Assembly (NCBI GenBank): GCA_025201805.1
Contig: MU619259.1
Span: 37,238-101,237, forward strand
Reading direction: 5' to 3'
Source of the DNA: Parasitella parasitica NRRL 2501
Taxonomy: Eukaryota; Fungi; Mucoromycota
Length of the DNA: 64,000 nt
Shown here: positions 62,264 to 64,000 of the stretch, in pieces
Position numbering within the stretch: the stretch's first letter is position 1
How the letters are laid out: every line of letters begins with the position of its first letter
Made by a program: the position numbers and the translations under genes
The notes under the pieces: generated by a model
Seen by the model: only the letters and a program-made list of their open reading frames with translations
Told to the model about the DNA's origin: nothing
Databases searched by the model: none

Positions 62264-62470
62264 ATATGCCATCTCATGTCCAATTATGCAACCGCTATGT
62301 GATGCCTCTTTCAATCCCTTGTTTTCTGACAGTTTTCATATACTCTATCTATTCAAATAAATAGCGATAGCCATTTTTTGATAATCCATATCCAAATGAT
62401 TTATTATTTAGTATACCGGTACTAAATACAATGCTAGGTCTATTAAATGTGCTACTGTTTTAACATCAAT

Positions 62471-62983
62471 TTAGTCCCAGTCAGGTATAAGCGAAAAATC
62501 GTATCCTGGATACTTGTAATACGCATAGTAAGCAATGTACAAATGATAAGCACCTATATAACAACACAGTTAGCAATGGATGCCGTTATCAAAATCGAAA
62601 ACTTACCTGGGATAAACATGATACTCCCAAGGACAATAAATGGGGTTCCTCTTGCTAACCAAATCTACGATTAAGATTTTTAGTCGTAAGCCAACTTAAA
62701 AGATGCAAACGTATATATACTTCAGAGGTGATGGTGCCAATTTTGATTAAAATACCAAGCGATAACAAAGTGCCTCCTGCAACAAATAATAACGTAGCTA
62801 ATCCGATAGCATTCCATGGAACTATGTTATACACATTAGTAAGAAAAACTAAATACACAGCCAATATCTGAGGAACTAACTAGGCGTCTCGGGTGTTTCA
62901 AACTGGGCATCAGTAAAGCCTTGGTCTTCTTGTAATTGTGCAAAACGCCTTGCTTTGTTTTTCGGTTTAAGTGGATTACGCAT
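62471..62983 (-). CDS. TMEM230/TMEM134-like (DUF872) two-TM protein
   Basis: Spliced model: MRNPLKP...QGFTDAQFETPETP / VPWNAIGLATLLFVAGGTLL / IWLARGTPFIVLGSIMFIPG / AYHLYIAYYAYYKYPGYDFSLIPDWD*. Confidence 0.9.
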
Positions 62984-64000
62984 CTTTGAAAAAGGAGATA
63001 AAGAATGAAAGAGTCGAAGTTTATGTTTTTTGCTTCTTGTCAACCATCGGACTGTTTCAAAGGCCAATCGTTGCCTGATGCACATTTCGTCAGAGTCTGA
63101 CAGACAGTTATACGTAAAATAACACCAAACATATTCTGAAGGTTGACCTGGCCACAACATCAATTTCGTTGCTTGTGACTCTAAAGACAATGAAATTCGC
63201 AAGGGCCCAGACGCCATATTGGTATCTTCACAATGCCATTCTATAAGTGCGAGAGGTGGAAGTATCACAATGTGGATAGTAAGAAAATAACCTCTGTTAT
63301 TATAAAATGAGATGTGAACAGTTAAGGAAGTGAAGATAATATTAATACCTATACTCTGCGTGTTCTATTGAAAGCTTTGCGAGCCATCTTACCATTTTTT
63401 TTTATAATGCCTTGTTTTATTTCAGCCCATAAGCAGCAACAGGATCACACTGTTAGATTTGATTAAGATAGCCTCAAGATATCACACAATTTAATCTACT
63501 ATGTATACACTTCACTGTCGATCCGAATTTTATTATATTCTACGAATCCCTAAAAAATAGATATGTCTACACGTTTTCTTTGATACTTCAAACCCTCCAA
63601 TCTTAATTATAAGTACCGAACCACAAGTATGCATACAGGTATAAACCGTTAATATATCTTTAAAAGAATAAATTTTGTACACAACTCTAAAATTAAATGC
63701 AACGACACAAGAAATTGAAAGGCGCTTCTTTTAGAATTCCAGCTTTGTTAATCAGGGCATTTTGCAGGGAGCGTTGGATATAATCATTCTATAGCTAATA
63801 TATTTACGTATTTATGTATCATGATATAGAACTGCAAAAGTTTCGATTGGGAGTAAATTTCATGAGGCTGAATACATAAAAAGTATATAGGGAGAACTTA
63901 AAATCTTAATTCGCCATGCTGAATAATTATCTTCGTTGTTTTTCTTGCAAATATGCTTTATAAGCAAAGACAAACACATCTAATTCTTTAAAGATACACT

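Noticed and set aside
62984-63268. GTG-initiated upstream extension of TMEM230
   Set aside because: No homology signal, and family length fits a start at 62983.

Overview
This window is gene-dense, intron-rich, AT-rich fungal nuclear DNA. Protein families, short introns and gene content point to Mucorales (Mucoromycota); the taxon is inferred, not verified. About 20 protein-coding genes are recognisable: a myosin-motor chitin synthase (truncated by the window edge), an orphan low-complexity protein, a DNA polymerase alpha catalytic subunit with an atypical acidic N-terminus, an mL46-like Nudix protein, a p24 cargo receptor, CENP-I/Mis6, beta-tubulin, Vps5, an F-box/LRR protein, an Env7/STK16 kinase, a large Sel1-repeat protein, eIF3d, snapin, an AreA-like GATA factor, MCM4, mitochondrial aconitase, an NPR/HAL kinase, an orphan ORF, a UCH37-like protein, a basic micro-ORF and TMEM230. 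Mobile DNA includes a decayed DDE-type element with an embedded DEDD 3'-5' exonuclease, a probable LINE 3' relic and a candidate hAT-like MITE. The most notable observations are four. (1) The UCH37-like gene is intact but has Tyr in place of the catalytic Cys, a candidate pseudo-deubiquitinase. (2) An intact but apparently divergent Pol alpha lies 145 bp downstream of a co-oriented mL46-derived protein with a nearly complete Nudix box. (3) The beta-tubulin naturally carries both the F167Y and E198A benzimidazole-resistance residues and has a 60-nt genomic poly(A) starting inside its stop codon. (4) The decayed transposon carries an exonuclease domain. No tRNA, rRNA or CRISPR array was seen. 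All gene models were assembled by eye and no database searches were run.
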